From positions 128,068 to 192,067 of the forward strand of contig JACKFK010000004.1 in assembly GCA_020632515.1 (NCBI GenBank): a stretch of 64,000 nucleotides of DNA, given 5' to 3'. Source of the stretch: Candidatus Omnitrophota bacterium (lineage in GTDB: Bacteria > Omnitrophota > Gorgyraeia > Zapsychrales > Zapsychraceae). The notes beneath the pieces were generated by a model. The model was given only the letters and a program-made list of their open reading frames with translations, did not search any database and was not told the DNA's origin. Made by a program: the position numbers and the translations under genes. Below, one piece after another: positions 26,760-36,222 of the stretch (positions are counted from its first letter, which is position 1; each line of letters opens with the position of its first letter).

Positions 26760-28049
26760 ATGTATAAGTTAACGCGGTTAGATAATGGGATTAAAGTTGT
26801 TTCACATGAAATTAAAGACCGGGAAAGTGTTTCTCTCGGTTTTTGGATTGGTGTTGGCGGTCGTTATGAGGAAGATGCAATTAAAGGCGCCGCGCATTTT
26901 TTAGAACATATCGTATTCAAAGGAAGCCGGAAATATTCTTGCGAACAGATCAAAGAAAAAATTGAGGGAATCGGCGGAAATCTTAACGCGTTCACCACAG
27001 AAGAGCAAACATGTTATTACGCGAAAATACCAGCTCAACATGTGGCTGGTACCTTTGACGTATTATCGGATATGGTTGTTCATCCAAAGATTGACACGAA
27101 GGATGTGGCTAAGGAACGGACTGTTATTATTGAAGAGATTAAAATGTATCATGATTTGCCGCAATATTATGTTTTGGATTTGTTAGATTCACTGCTTTGG
27201 CCGCAGCATCCTTTAGGAAAAGGATTAACAGGAACCGCTGAGAGTGTTTCCGGTATTAAGAATAAAGATTTGAAGAGTTTTCATCAAAGATATTATTCTC
27301 CCGAGAATATTATTGTTTCTGCCTGCGGGAAGATTAACCATGATCAATTAGTCCGTTTAACTAAACGTAAATTTAGTGGATTAAAACATTTTCCAAAAGC
27401 TGCATACATTAAAGCCAAACATGAGCAAAACGCTCCGAATATCAAATATGCGGTAAAGAATATTGAACAAATGCATATCGCCATTGGGATGCATGGATAT
27501 AATCAAAAACAGAAAGAACGATACATTTTAACTTTGTTAAGCACTATTTTAGGCGGTAATATGTCTAGCCGGTTATTTGTGGAATTACGTGAGAAAAGAG
27601 GTTTAGCATATTCGATTTACAGTAGTACGAAGTCATTGGAAGATACTGGCGCGTTTTTTGTTCGCGGCGGGGTGGAAAGTGGAAAATTGGTCGCTGCTTT
27701 ACGATTAATTTTAACGGAATTTCGTAAAATTAAAAAAAACGGAGTCTCTGTAAGCGAATTTAAAAGAGCTAAAGATTATATTATCGGACAACTTTTGTTA
27801 GGATTGGAAGATACCATGGATCATATGCTCTGGCTGGGAGAATCTGTTATGTCCAAAGGGAAAACGGTCACCCTTAAGGAAGTGGTAGAAAAATTTCGCA
27901 AGATTCAGATATCAGATATACAGCGCATTGCCAATGAAGTTCTTGATGAAAAGAAATTCAATCTGGCGGTTGTTGGTCCATTAACAGCTGCGCATCAGAC
28001 AGAAATTAATCGACTATTTAAAAGGGCAAATAGATCATCAGCAATGTGA
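26760..28049 (+). CDS. M16-family (pitrilysin/insulinase-like) zinc peptidase
   Basis: Inverted zinc motif 'HFLEHIVFKG' (HxxEH) and downstream 'E..K' region; 429 aa. Confidence 0.85.
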   Translation: MYKLTRLDNGIKVVSHEIKDRESVSLGFWIGVGGRYEEDAIKGAAHFLEHIVFKGSRKYSCEQIKEKIEGIGGNLNAFTTEEQTCYYAKIPAQHVAGTFDVLSDMVVHPKIDTKDVAKERTVIIEEIKMYHDLPQYYVLDLLDSLLWPQHPLGKGLTGTAESVSGIKNKDLKSFHQRYYSPENIIVSACGKINHDQLVRLTKRKFSGLKHFPKAAYIKAKHEQNAPNIKYAVKNIEQMHIAIGMHGYNQKQKERYILTLLSTILGGNMSSRLFVELREKRGLAYSIYSSTKSLEDTGAFFVRGGVESGKLVAALRLILTEFRKIKKNGVSVSEFKRAKDYIIGQLLLGLEDTMDHMLWLGESVMSKGKTVTLKEVVEKFRKIQISDIQRIANEVLDEKKFNLAVVGPLTAAHQTEINRLFKRANRSSAM

Positions 28050-28068
28050 TGAGATTTCCTTTTTTGGT

Positions 28069-28097
28069 TTGACAAGTTATTTAATATCAGCTAGACT
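28069..28097 (+). promoter_or_regulatory. Sigma-70-like promoter (TTGACA-N17-TAGACT)
   Basis: Consensus -35 with 17-nt spacing, about 125 nt upstream of the small ORF at 28222. Confidence 0.4.
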
Positions 28098-28221
28098 CTA
28101 TTTAATATTTAGGGCTTAAATATTTTTTAGATCTTTAAATTGAAATTTACACAATCGAAGCATAGGTAATTCAGCCACGCTTCAGTTTAACCTCATGTCC
28201 TATTAGTAAAGGGGGAGTTTT

Positions 28222-28392
28222 ATGGATGAACTTTCATTCTACGATGTTAAAACCAAGTCAAAGTTTACCACTACCGAATATAGTGTCAAAGAAAAAAGCG
28301 GTCGATTTTTTGCTGTTGCTAAATCTCCAAAAGGAACCCATGAATGCTGGAGAGTTCTTAGCAAAGATCAAGCAAATAAATTAAAAAAGTAA
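28222..28392 (+). CDS. Small (56 aa) basic protein missing from the ORF track; unknown function, possibly nucleic-acid binding
   Basis: My translation: MDELSFYDVKTKSKFTTTEYSVKEKSGRFFAVAKSPKGTHECWRVLSKDQANKLKK. Strong SD 'AAAGGGGGAG' lies 5-6 nt upstream. Sits in an otherwise empty 430-bp gap. Confidence 0.45.
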   Translation: MDELSFYDVKTKSKFTTTEYSVKEKSGRFFAVAKSPKGTHECWRVLSKDQANKLKK

Positions 28393-28481
28393 TAGTATAA
28401 GGCAATACAAGGTCAGTCCGTATGATTTTGGACTTAGTAATTTAAAAGTATCACTGTATTGTGTTTAAGTATTAATCATCG

Positions 28482-28898
28482 ATTGAAAGGTGTTTCACAA
28501 TAGCTACAGCTGCCTTTTCCTCAAGACAATTAGCCAAAAAGATCGCAGATTTAGCCTCAGAAAAAAAAGCGGAAGATATCATTATTCTTGACATGAGAAA
28601 TCTTGTCAATTTTTGTGAATATTTTGTTATTTGTTCCGGAAGTTCCGATCGACAAGTCCGCGCTATTGCTGATTTTATTGACACGGAATTATCCGATTTA
28701 GGAATGAAAATGCGCTTTAAAGAAGGATTAAAGAAGAGCGATTGGATTGTCTTTGATGCCGGTGATGTAATTACGCATATTTTTCAAAAACAGATGCGTG
28801 AGTTTTATCGTTTGGAATATTTATGGCAGGATGCCAAACATGTAACTTGGCCTGATAAGAAATCAGTCAATGCTGCTAAAAGAAAAGCTTCCACATAA
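28482..28898 (+). CDS. rsfS: Ribosomal silencing factor RsfS (iojap family); start codon uncertain
   Basis: 'AEDIIILDMRNLVNFCEYFVICSGSSDRQVRAIADFI', 'DWIVFDAGDVITHIFQKQMREFYRLEYLW'. The conserved N-terminal helix ('SRQLAKKIADLASEKK') lies upstream of the first ATG (28593). The frame is open back to 28476 with no ATG/GTG/TTG. Confidence 0.8.
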   Translation: MERCFTIATAAFSSRQLAKKIADLASEKKAEDIIILDMRNLVNFCEYFVICSGSSDRQVRAIADFIDTELSDLGMKMRFKEGLKKSDWIVFDAGDVITHIFQKQMREFYRLEYLWQDAKHVTWPDKKSVNAAKRKAST

Positions 28899-29017
28899 TC
28901 GTAAATTTATTATCCAAAAGAATATAATAAACGTGTCTCGTTTCTTGTCTTAAGTACTTTAAAACGTAGGTAAGTCAAGCAGCGAGACACGGTACTTTAT
29001 AAGAGATTATCGTTATT

Positions 29018-30691
29018 GTGTTTAATCAAATTAAGGAAAATCTTCAGCAAAGTCTGCAGCAGCTTATTAAAGAGTTCTTTCCGGCCGGCAGTTCTATACC
29101 TCCCATAGAATTAGAAATCCCTTCAGATAAGCAACATGGCGATCTGGCGTGCAATATCGCGTTAAAATCTGCAAAGATTATGAAAAAAGCGCCGATGCTG
29201 ATCGCGCAGGAAATGAAAGATGCTTTTTGGCGGCAAATGCAATCATCTACGTTAAAAGATTATATTCAAAGTATAGAGGTTAAAAATCCGGGATTTATCA
29301 ATTTTCATTTTAGTCAGAAGTTTTTTGAAAGTATTCTTAAAGAGATCATTGAACGGAAAGATCAATTTGGACAAAGCGATTTGGGAAAGCAGACGAAAGT
29401 TTTGTTGGAATTTGTCAGCGCGAACCCTACGGGCCCCTTAAGTATTGCTCATGCGCGACAGGCTGCGGTGGGTGATGCATTGGTTAATATTTTGAATTTT
29501 GTTGGATGTCAGGCTGAAGGGGAATATTATGTGAATGACGGTGGAAATCAAATTAATATTTTGGGACAATCGATCCGTTACCGGGCTCAAGAGATTTTAG
29601 GTCAGTCAGTTGATTTTCCTGAGGATGGGTATCAAGGGGAATATATCCGGGATATGGCCCAAGATTTTATTCGAAAAAACAATATTAAAGATATTACAAC
29701 TTTAAATTCTTTTGATTTAGACGCATTTCGTTCGTATGGAACAACAGAACTGCTGGATATTATTAATAAAGATTTAGAAGATTTTGGTGTAATTTTTAAA
29801 CATTGGGCATATGAATCTAAGATTGCCACATATAATCGTATTGAAGAATTATTGGACTATTTACAGAGAAAGCTTTTAGTTTATAAAAAAGAAGGCGCAT
29901 TATGGTTTAAGTCAACGGATTTTGGAGATGATAAAGATCGTGTTGTAAAAAAAAGTGACGGTAGTTACACGTATCTGACGCCAGACATTGTTTATCATAA
30001 AAATAAATTGGAACGAGGTTATCAGAAGTTGATTAATATTTGGGGACCTGACCATCATGGATATATTCCCCGTTTGAAAGCTTCAGTGGAAGCGTTAGGA
30101 TATGAGGCTGGGGCTCTTGAGGTTTTGATTGTTCAGCTGGCAACGATTTATAAGCAGGGCAAAGCGGTTTCTATGTCGACGCGACGAGGACAATATATTT
30201 CTTTACGTGAAGTTATTGATGAAGTTGGTACTGATGCCGCCCGCTTTTTCTTTTTAATGCGGCATATCAACGCTCATTTGGATTTTGATTTGGAACTGGC
30301 TAAAAAGCAGACACCCGAGAATCCAGTCTATTATATTCAATATGCGCATGCGCGTGTTTACAGCATCAACAATAATGCCAGAGAAGCTCAAGTGAGCGCG
30401 GCGAGCGCGGATTTTACTTTGTTAAAGGAAGAGGAAGAAATTCAGTTGATTAAAAAGTTAGGAGAATTTCCTCTGGCTTTAGCCCATTGTTATCAGCAGC
30501 TAGATCCATTTCCACTTGTCAACTATCTTCAGGAATCTGCCGCTTGTTTTCATCGGTTTTACGATGCCCACCGGGTTATTGTTGATGATAAAGATTTAGC
30601 TTCGCAACGGTTGGCGTTGGTTAACGCGGCCCGGATTGTTTTGGCCAATGGACTAAAACTGTTGGGAGTCAGCACGCCGGAAAAAATGTAA
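29018..30691 (+). CDS. argS: Arginyl-tRNA synthetase
   Basis: 'SANPTGPLSIAHAR' (HIGH-type region), 'MSTRRG' (KMSK-equivalent), C-terminal anticodon-binding domain 'YYIQYAHAR'. GTG start. Confidence 0.95.
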   Translation: MFNQIKENLQQSLQQLIKEFFPAGSSIPPIELEIPSDKQHGDLACNIALKSAKIMKKAPMLIAQEMKDAFWRQMQSSTLKDYIQSIEVKNPGFINFHFSQKFFESILKEIIERKDQFGQSDLGKQTKVLLEFVSANPTGPLSIAHARQAAVGDALVNILNFVGCQAEGEYYVNDGGNQINILGQSIRYRAQEILGQSVDFPEDGYQGEYIRDMAQDFIRKNNIKDITTLNSFDLDAFRSYGTTELLDIINKDLEDFGVIFKHWAYESKIATYNRIEELLDYLQRKLLVYKKEGALWFKSTDFGDDKDRVVKKSDGSYTYLTPDIVYHKNKLERGYQKLINIWGPDHHGYIPRLKASVEALGYEAGALEVLIVQLATIYKQGKAVSMSTRRGQYISLREVIDEVGTDAARFFFLMRHINAHLDFDLELAKKQTPENPVYYIQYAHARVYSINNNAREAQVSAASADFTLLKEEEEIQLIKKLGEFPLALAHCYQQLDPFPLVNYLQESAACFHRFYDAHRVIVDDKDLASQRLALVNAARIVLANGLKLLGVSTPEKM

Positions 30692-30748
30692 AACCCTATT
30701 CAATCAATAAATGATTTAAGGGTAATCGTTATATATGGAGCTCTAACA

Positions 30749-32458
30749 TTGAATTCAACCATAATGCAGAAATCATGGAATATAAAACAACCAGATCCGC
30801 AGCAGAGTGACGCTCTTAGTCAAGAGCTTAAGATTCATCCAATTATTGCGCGATTACTTATTAATCGCAATATTACAGATATTGATGAAGCTAAGATATT
30901 TTTAAGTGCGGATTTAAATTTGCTGCATGATCCTTTTCAATTAAAAGGAATGACAGAAGCTGTCGCGCGAATTCGTTTGGCGTGTGAGCGTAAAGAAAAG
31001 ATTTTAGTGTTTGGAGATTATGATGTGGATGGGGTAACTTCATCCGCATTATTGTATTCGGAGTTATCCCGTATGGGGTTAAATGTTATTAATCATATTC
31101 CTCATCGGATGCACGATGGTTATGGGTTAAATCATGAGATTGCCGATACTGCTGTTAATGAAGGGGTCAGTCTGTTAATTACGGTTGATTGCGGTATTAC
31201 TGCTGTTGAGGAGGTTAAGACGTTAACGAGCAAGGGATTGGATGTGATTATCATTGATCATCATGAACCTGGTGAAGCTGGCGCGCCAGAGGCTTTGGCC
31301 ATTATTAATCCAAAACAGAAAGAATGTCCGTATCCTTTTAAGGAATTAGCCTCTGTTGGGCTAACGGCGAAGGTTTTGCAGGCGTTACGCGGTCAAGTTC
31401 CAGTCGATTGTTTAGATTTAGTAGCGATCGGAACCATTGCGGATATTGTTCCGTTAAGAGGCGAAAATCGGATTTTTGTTAAAGCTGGATTGCCGCTTGT
31501 GAATAAGACAGACAATAAAGGATTGCAAGCCTTGTTAGAGGTGTCCAAGATTAAGGGTAAGAAAATTAGTCCGTTTCATGTTGGGTTTATTTTAGGACCA
31601 CGAATTAACGCGACCGGACGGATGGATTCGGCCCACACATCTTTAGAGTTATTATTAGCTGAAGATTCGCAAAAAGCTTATCAATTAGCTTTTATGCTGG
31701 AACAGCATAATGTGGATCGACAGAAAATGCAGAAGCAAATTACGGATGAAGCCATGGCCTTAGTAGAACAAGAGATAAATTTTAAAACTGAGAAGGTGAT
31801 TGTGGTCAGTAAAGAAGGTTGGCATAAAGGCGTTTTAGGCATTGTGGCTTCTAAGATGGCAGATAAATATTATCGGCCGTCAATCGTTATATCACTGGAA
31901 AACGGCGTAGGCACAGCCTCGGCCCGGTCAATTAATGGATTTCATCTGCATGAAGCCTTGCAGGATTGTTCACAGTGTTTAGAGACTTTTGGTGGGCATG
32001 AAGCCGCGGCTGGGTTAACGATCCGTCAGGAAAACATTGATCTTTTTAAAGACTTGATTAATAAAACAGCCGTTAATATTCTAGAACGAAAAAAACTCTC
32101 GCCTGTAATAACAATTGATTGTGAAATTAGCTTATCGGATATTTCCTTAGATTTAGCTAATATTATTGATACATTAGAGCCTTTTGGAGAAGGTAATCCA
32201 TTGCCGTTATTTTGCACCTATGGGGTGATCGCGAAAAGTTATGGGCAGGCATTGGGGCGGGAGACTTTAAAATTCTGGGTAACGGACGGCAATGCGGCTG
32301 TCTCGGTTGTTGGTTTTGGGATGGCAAAATTCAAGCCGCTGATTAAACCTGGAACACGGCTTGACTTGGTTTTTCAGATTGCTATTGATGATTGGAACAA
32401 AGCGCCTGTTCCGCAGTTACTATTAAAAGATATTAGAGTAAGCGAAGATGCTGAATAA
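30749..32458 (+). CDS. recJ: Single-stranded-DNA-specific exonuclease RecJ
   Basis: DHH motifs 'VFGDYDVDGVTS', 'ITVDCG', 'IIIDHH', and 'GGHEAAAG' (DHHA1). An alternative ATG start at 30764 is possible. Confidence 0.9.
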   Translation: MNSTIMQKSWNIKQPDPQQSDALSQELKIHPIIARLLINRNITDIDEAKIFLSADLNLLHDPFQLKGMTEAVARIRLACERKEKILVFGDYDVDGVTSSALLYSELSRMGLNVINHIPHRMHDGYGLNHEIADTAVNEGVSLLITVDCGITAVEEVKTLTSKGLDVIIIDHHEPGEAGAPEALAIINPKQKECPYPFKELASVGLTAKVLQALRGQVPVDCLDLVAIGTIADIVPLRGENRIFVKAGLPLVNKTDNKGLQALLEVSKIKGKKISPFHVGFILGPRINATGRMDSAHTSLELLLAEDSQKAYQLAFMLEQHNVDRQKMQKQITDEAMALVEQEINFKTEKVIVVSKEGWHKGVLGIVASKMADKYYRPSIVISLENGVGTASARSINGFHLHEALQDCSQCLETFGGHEAAAGLTIRQENIDLFKDLINKTAVNILERKKLSPVITIDCEISLSDISLDLANIIDTLEPFGEGNPLPLFCTYGVIAKSYGQALGRETLKFWVTDGNAAVSVVGFGMAKFKPLIKPGTRLDLVFQIAIDDWNKAPVPQLLLKDIRVSEDAE

Positions 32459-32504
32459 AAAATTTAATAATTATTATTGGAAGAATGAGACAAGAATGAC
32501 GCGA

Positions 32505-32732
32505 TTAAGCTTTAACAATTTTTCCAGCTTGAATACAACTGGTACAAACGCGTACACGCCGGATGGTTCCCTGAAGGTTCACTTTAACACGTTTAATGTT
32601 AGGATAGAAACGGCGAAGGGTTTTTCCAATAATTTTAGAACCCGCCCCGCCAGTTCTTTTGATTTGACCGCGTCGTTTATATTTAATTCCGGGAATGGAT
32701 CCTTTTTGGCAAACACTGCAAATTTTTGACAT
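32505..32732 (-). CDS. rpmB: 50S ribosomal protein L28
   Basis: 'MSKICSVCQKG...RRFYPNIKRVKV...RVRVCTSCIQAGK' matches the L28 pattern. Start trimmed to the MSK methionine. Confidence 0.85.
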   Translation of the reverse strand: MSKICSVCQKGSIPGIKYKRRGQIKRTGGAGSKIIGKTLRRFYPNIKRVKVNLQGTIRRVRVCTSCIQAGKIVKA

Positions 32733-32788
32733 AACAATCACCTACATGAATAATTTTTTTAATATTGAGAAATTGAAACTGAAATAAA

Positions 32789-32816
32789 AGTATAATGAAA
32801 ATAAATGTTTTGTCAA
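32789..32816 (-). promoter_or_regulatory. Sigma-70-like promoter for rpmB (TTGACA-N16-TATACT on the - strand)
   Basis: Reverse complement of 32789-32816 reads TTGACAaaacatttattttcatTATACT, about 55 nt upstream of the rpmB start. Confidence 0.4.
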
Positions 32817-32869
32817 GTTTATATTCTCAATGAGAGAATATTAATTATTTAAAGGAAAAGAGGAGGGGT

Positions 32870-34615
32870 ATGACTACTGCTAGTACACCACAGTTAGATT
32901 TCAGTAATTTGAAACCGTATAAGGCACGAAAATTTATTCCAACCGGGACAAATTTTGATCACCTAGAGGATGTTGTAAAGTTGTTTCAACAAATCCTTAC
33001 CTATGAAATTAACACACCAAAAGATTTTCAACTCTGGTTAGAGAATCGTTCTGAATTAGAAGCTGCGATTGATCAGCATGGGGCTATTTTATATATCCGC
33101 ATGACGTGCCAGACTGATGATAAAGCCCGAGCTGAAGCGTATAAAAATTTTATCGAAAAGATTGTGCCTGCGATTAAACCTATTGAAGACAAAATCAATC
33201 GTAAGTTGTTGGAAGAATCTAAACGGTTTTCTTTAGATCAGGACCGGTATCATGTTTATCTGCGCGGTGTGGAAAATGATGTGAAGCTTTTTGTTCAGGA
33301 AAATGTCGAGCTGCAGACTAAGGTTAGTTTACTTTCACAAGAATATCAAACTATATGCGCGGCCATGACGGTTCAATTTCAAGGTGAAGAAAAGACGTTG
33401 CCGCAGATGTCAAAATTTCTGTTAGAGCCAGACCGTGCTTTACGGGAAGAAGCTTGGCGGGCGACATCAAAACGGAGGTTAGAGGATCAAGCTAAATTGG
33501 ATGATATTTTTGACAAGATGGTAAAGCTACGGCATCAAACAGCTATTAATGCCAAATGTGCCAATTTTTGTGAGTATAAATTTAAATCCATGCATCGGTT
33601 TGATTATACGCCTGGGGATTGCAAAACATATCACCAGACGATTGAAAAGATTGTTTTGCCGATTTGGACAAAGATTTTAAAACGGCGGAAAGAGCAGATG
33701 AAACTTGATACTTTAAAGCCTTGGGATTCAGCTGTTGATCCTTTAGGCCGGCCGCCGCTTAAACCTTTTGATCAAGTGGCGCAGTTAATTAGTGGCTGTC
33801 GAGAGATTTTTACGCATGTTGATCCTGAATTGGGGCAGGCATTTCAGCATATGATGGATTTAGGTGTGCTTGATTTAGCCAGCCGGAAAGGTAAGGCGCC
33901 AGGAGGGTATCAGTCAACGCTTAATGAAGCAAGAAAACCATTTATTTTTATGAATGCGGTGGGTGTTCATGGAGATGTCAGCACGTTGTTGCATGAAGGC
34001 GGACACGCCTTTCATGCTTTGGCTTGCGCGCATGACCCATTAGTGGATTATCGACACGCCCCAATGGAATTTTGCGAGGTTGCGTCAATGGCGATGGAAT
34101 TGTTAGGTGGACATTATTTGTCTGCATTTTATAATGACGATGAACAAAAACGCGCGATTCAATCTCATCTGGAAGATATTGTGTATATCCTTATTTGGGT
34201 GGCCACGATTGATGCGTTTCAGCATTGGATTTATGAAAATCCTGAGCATACAGCTGAACAGCGTGTGCGCGCGTGGTTGGATGTGCGTAAACGTTTTGAC
34301 AGTGATTTAGTCAGTTGGGAAGGGCTAACGCAGGAGCATAGTTATCTTTGGCATCGGCAACTGCATATTTTTGAGGTTCCATTTTATTATATTGAATATG
34401 GGATCGCGCAGTTAGGCGCTTTAGGCGTTTGGTTTAACGCAAAGAAAAATTGGAAAGAAGGGGTTAAGAAGTATCGTGATGCTTTGGCCTTGGGCGGTTC
34501 TAAACCTTTGCCTGTTTTATTTGAAACAGCGGGCATTCGGTTTGATTTTTCAGAAAAGACGATTGCCCCATTAATGGAGGCGGTAGAAAAAGAATTAAGT
34601 GCGATGTATGAATAG
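32870..34615 (+). CDS. pepF: M3-family oligoendopeptidase F
   Basis: 'LLHEGGHAFH' HExxH zinc motif, downstream 'EVASMAMELL', 'YYIEYGIAQLGA'; 581 aa. Confidence 0.85.
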   Translation: MTTASTPQLDFSNLKPYKARKFIPTGTNFDHLEDVVKLFQQILTYEINTPKDFQLWLENRSELEAAIDQHGAILYIRMTCQTDDKARAEAYKNFIEKIVPAIKPIEDKINRKLLEESKRFSLDQDRYHVYLRGVENDVKLFVQENVELQTKVSLLSQEYQTICAAMTVQFQGEEKTLPQMSKFLLEPDRALREEAWRATSKRRLEDQAKLDDIFDKMVKLRHQTAINAKCANFCEYKFKSMHRFDYTPGDCKTYHQTIEKIVLPIWTKILKRRKEQMKLDTLKPWDSAVDPLGRPPLKPFDQVAQLISGCREIFTHVDPELGQAFQHMMDLGVLDLASRKGKAPGGYQSTLNEARKPFIFMNAVGVHGDVSTLLHEGGHAFHALACAHDPLVDYRHAPMEFCEVASMAMELLGGHYLSAFYNDDEQKRAIQSHLEDIVYILIWVATIDAFQHWIYENPEHTAEQRVRAWLDVRKRFDSDLVSWEGLTQEHSYLWHRQLHIFEVPFYYIEYGIAQLGALGVWFNAKKNWKEGVKKYRDALALGGSKPLPVLFETAGIRFDFSEKTIAPLMEAVEKELSAMYE

Positions 34616-34798
34616 ATTAAAAGTCTCATTATTCTCGTGAAGAGTGCATCTTATTGTGCATGTTTAAAAGTTTACGATTTATAAGTAAAAATAATCAAAA
34701 ATATTCCAAAATTTTCCTAAGGAAATTTTTTATTATGTTATAATGAGGTCAAATTTAAAGGACTTTTCATATTTATTTTAAAATAAAGGGGTTAATTT

Positions 34799-35467
34799 AT
34801 GAGACATTCAAAATCTATTTTTCTATGTTTCTTCATTTGTCTGACTATGAGTTCATTAAGCTTGGCACTTGATGGCCGTATATCAACACCTGATGATATT
34901 CAGTTATTAAAGAAAGATATTTTGACCGGAAAAATTCAAGTTGGAACAACACGCTTAAGCGATATTCGCAATATTTATGGCATTGCACCGTCAATTACGG
35001 ATAATGAGAAAAAGCTCGTGATGGATTATGGCGACTTAAAGATTGAATTTGATAAAAAGAAAATTTGGAAAACTTGGGATTATGATACATTTAAAGATCC
35101 TGCGTATACTGATGACATTGATGATTTACGGTTTGATTTGGAAAGTGAAGAATTGATCGGAAAAAATATTACTTTTGATAAGATAATGAAAGATTATGGG
35201 GATCCGACGGAATCAATGCCAACGGATATGGATGGCCAGCTTTCCGTTTATTACTACGGAGATATTAAATTAACATTTGAAAATCTTGTGGTTTTAAAAA
35301 GTTGGCGAGGTAAAGATTTAGATAAGGGTGCGATACTTGAAGGAGATGTTTTAAAGAAAACAGAAACATTTGATCCTCTTAAAGATAATCCTCCAGTTAT
35401 CAAACCTTTACCAGTCGATCAACCGCCTGTTGAAGACGTAACGGCCGCAACTCCTGTTAGTCAATAA
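34799..35467 (+). CDS. Secreted hypothetical protein with an internal duplicated module
   Basis: Signal peptide 'FLCFFICLTMSSLSLA'. Repeated 'YGD(L/I)K(I/L).F......K(T/S)W' module; Pro-rich tail. An extended -10 (TGtTATAAT) lies at 34736-34744. Confidence 0.4.
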   Translation: MRHSKSIFLCFFICLTMSSLSLALDGRISTPDDIQLLKKDILTGKIQVGTTRLSDIRNIYGIAPSITDNEKKLVMDYGDLKIEFDKKKIWKTWDYDTFKDPAYTDDIDDLRFDLESEELIGKNITFDKIMKDYGDPTESMPTDMDGQLSVYYYGDIKLTFENLVVLKSWRGKDLDKGAILEGDVLKKTETFDPLKDNPPVIKPLPVDQPPVEDVTAATPVSQ

Positions 35468-35554
35468 ATCGTTGTTGGAAATCTTCAAAGCCTATCAAAC
35501 CTCTAGTGTTATTGAATGCCGGCTTTCTTTCCAATAAAGAATGAGGATAATTAA

Positions 35555-36178
35555 GTGAATAAATGGATACGAATTACAGCTTTCAGTCTGCTGATTTGGA
35601 CTTGTGTTCCAATAAACGCATTTGTATCAGCGCAATCTTCGTATGAAAATTTAGATCAAAGGCTGCAGTCTGTGGAAGAGTATTTGCAGAATATTCCGGA
35701 TATTTTACAGAATTTTTCGATGACTTTGCAAGATAGCATGAATTCAATGAATGCTGATATTCAAAATAGTATTCAACAACAAGTCCAATATAGCAGTTTT
35801 CGAAAAGTGCTCCTTAATCCTACTTCAACCGCGTTTCAACGTATTGATACCAATGCCGGTGTTTTTTTGATCGCCGTGCAGAAAACAGAAGAAATTGACG
35901 GCGGATATCGGCTGCATTTGAGTGTGGGAAATCCAAATATTGCGGATTACCGGGATTTTAAAATACGATTATCGTGGGGTGAAGAATGGAATCCTAATGC
36001 AAGTATTTCTTACCAACAATGGCGAAATTCATTGACCACAGCAGATTACAGTTTTAAAGGTTCTCTGGTAAAAGGTGTTTGGAGTCCCGTGTCGGTCGAT
36101 GTTGTGCCTTCTACCCGTAGAACATTAGGCGTTTTGGAATGTTCTATGGAAGTCTCTTCCATTGAAATGAGCAATTAA
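35555..36178 (+). CDS. Secreted hypothetical protein (coiled-coil N-terminus, beta-rich C-terminus)
   Basis: GTG start; signal peptide 'LLIWTCVPINAFVSA'. No recognised catalytic motif. Confidence 0.4.
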   Translation: MNKWIRITAFSLLIWTCVPINAFVSAQSSYENLDQRLQSVEEYLQNIPDILQNFSMTLQDSMNSMNADIQNSIQQQVQYSSFRKVLLNPTSTAFQRIDTNAGVFLIAVQKTEEIDGGYRLHLSVGNPNIADYRDFKIRLSWGEEWNPNASISYQQWRNSLTTADYSFKGSLVKGVWSPVSVDVVPSTRRTLGVLECSMEVSSIEMSN

Positions 36179-36222
36179 TTTAATCGGATAAAGCTATTCG
36201 ATATTTTTAAAAAGAGGTTTTG

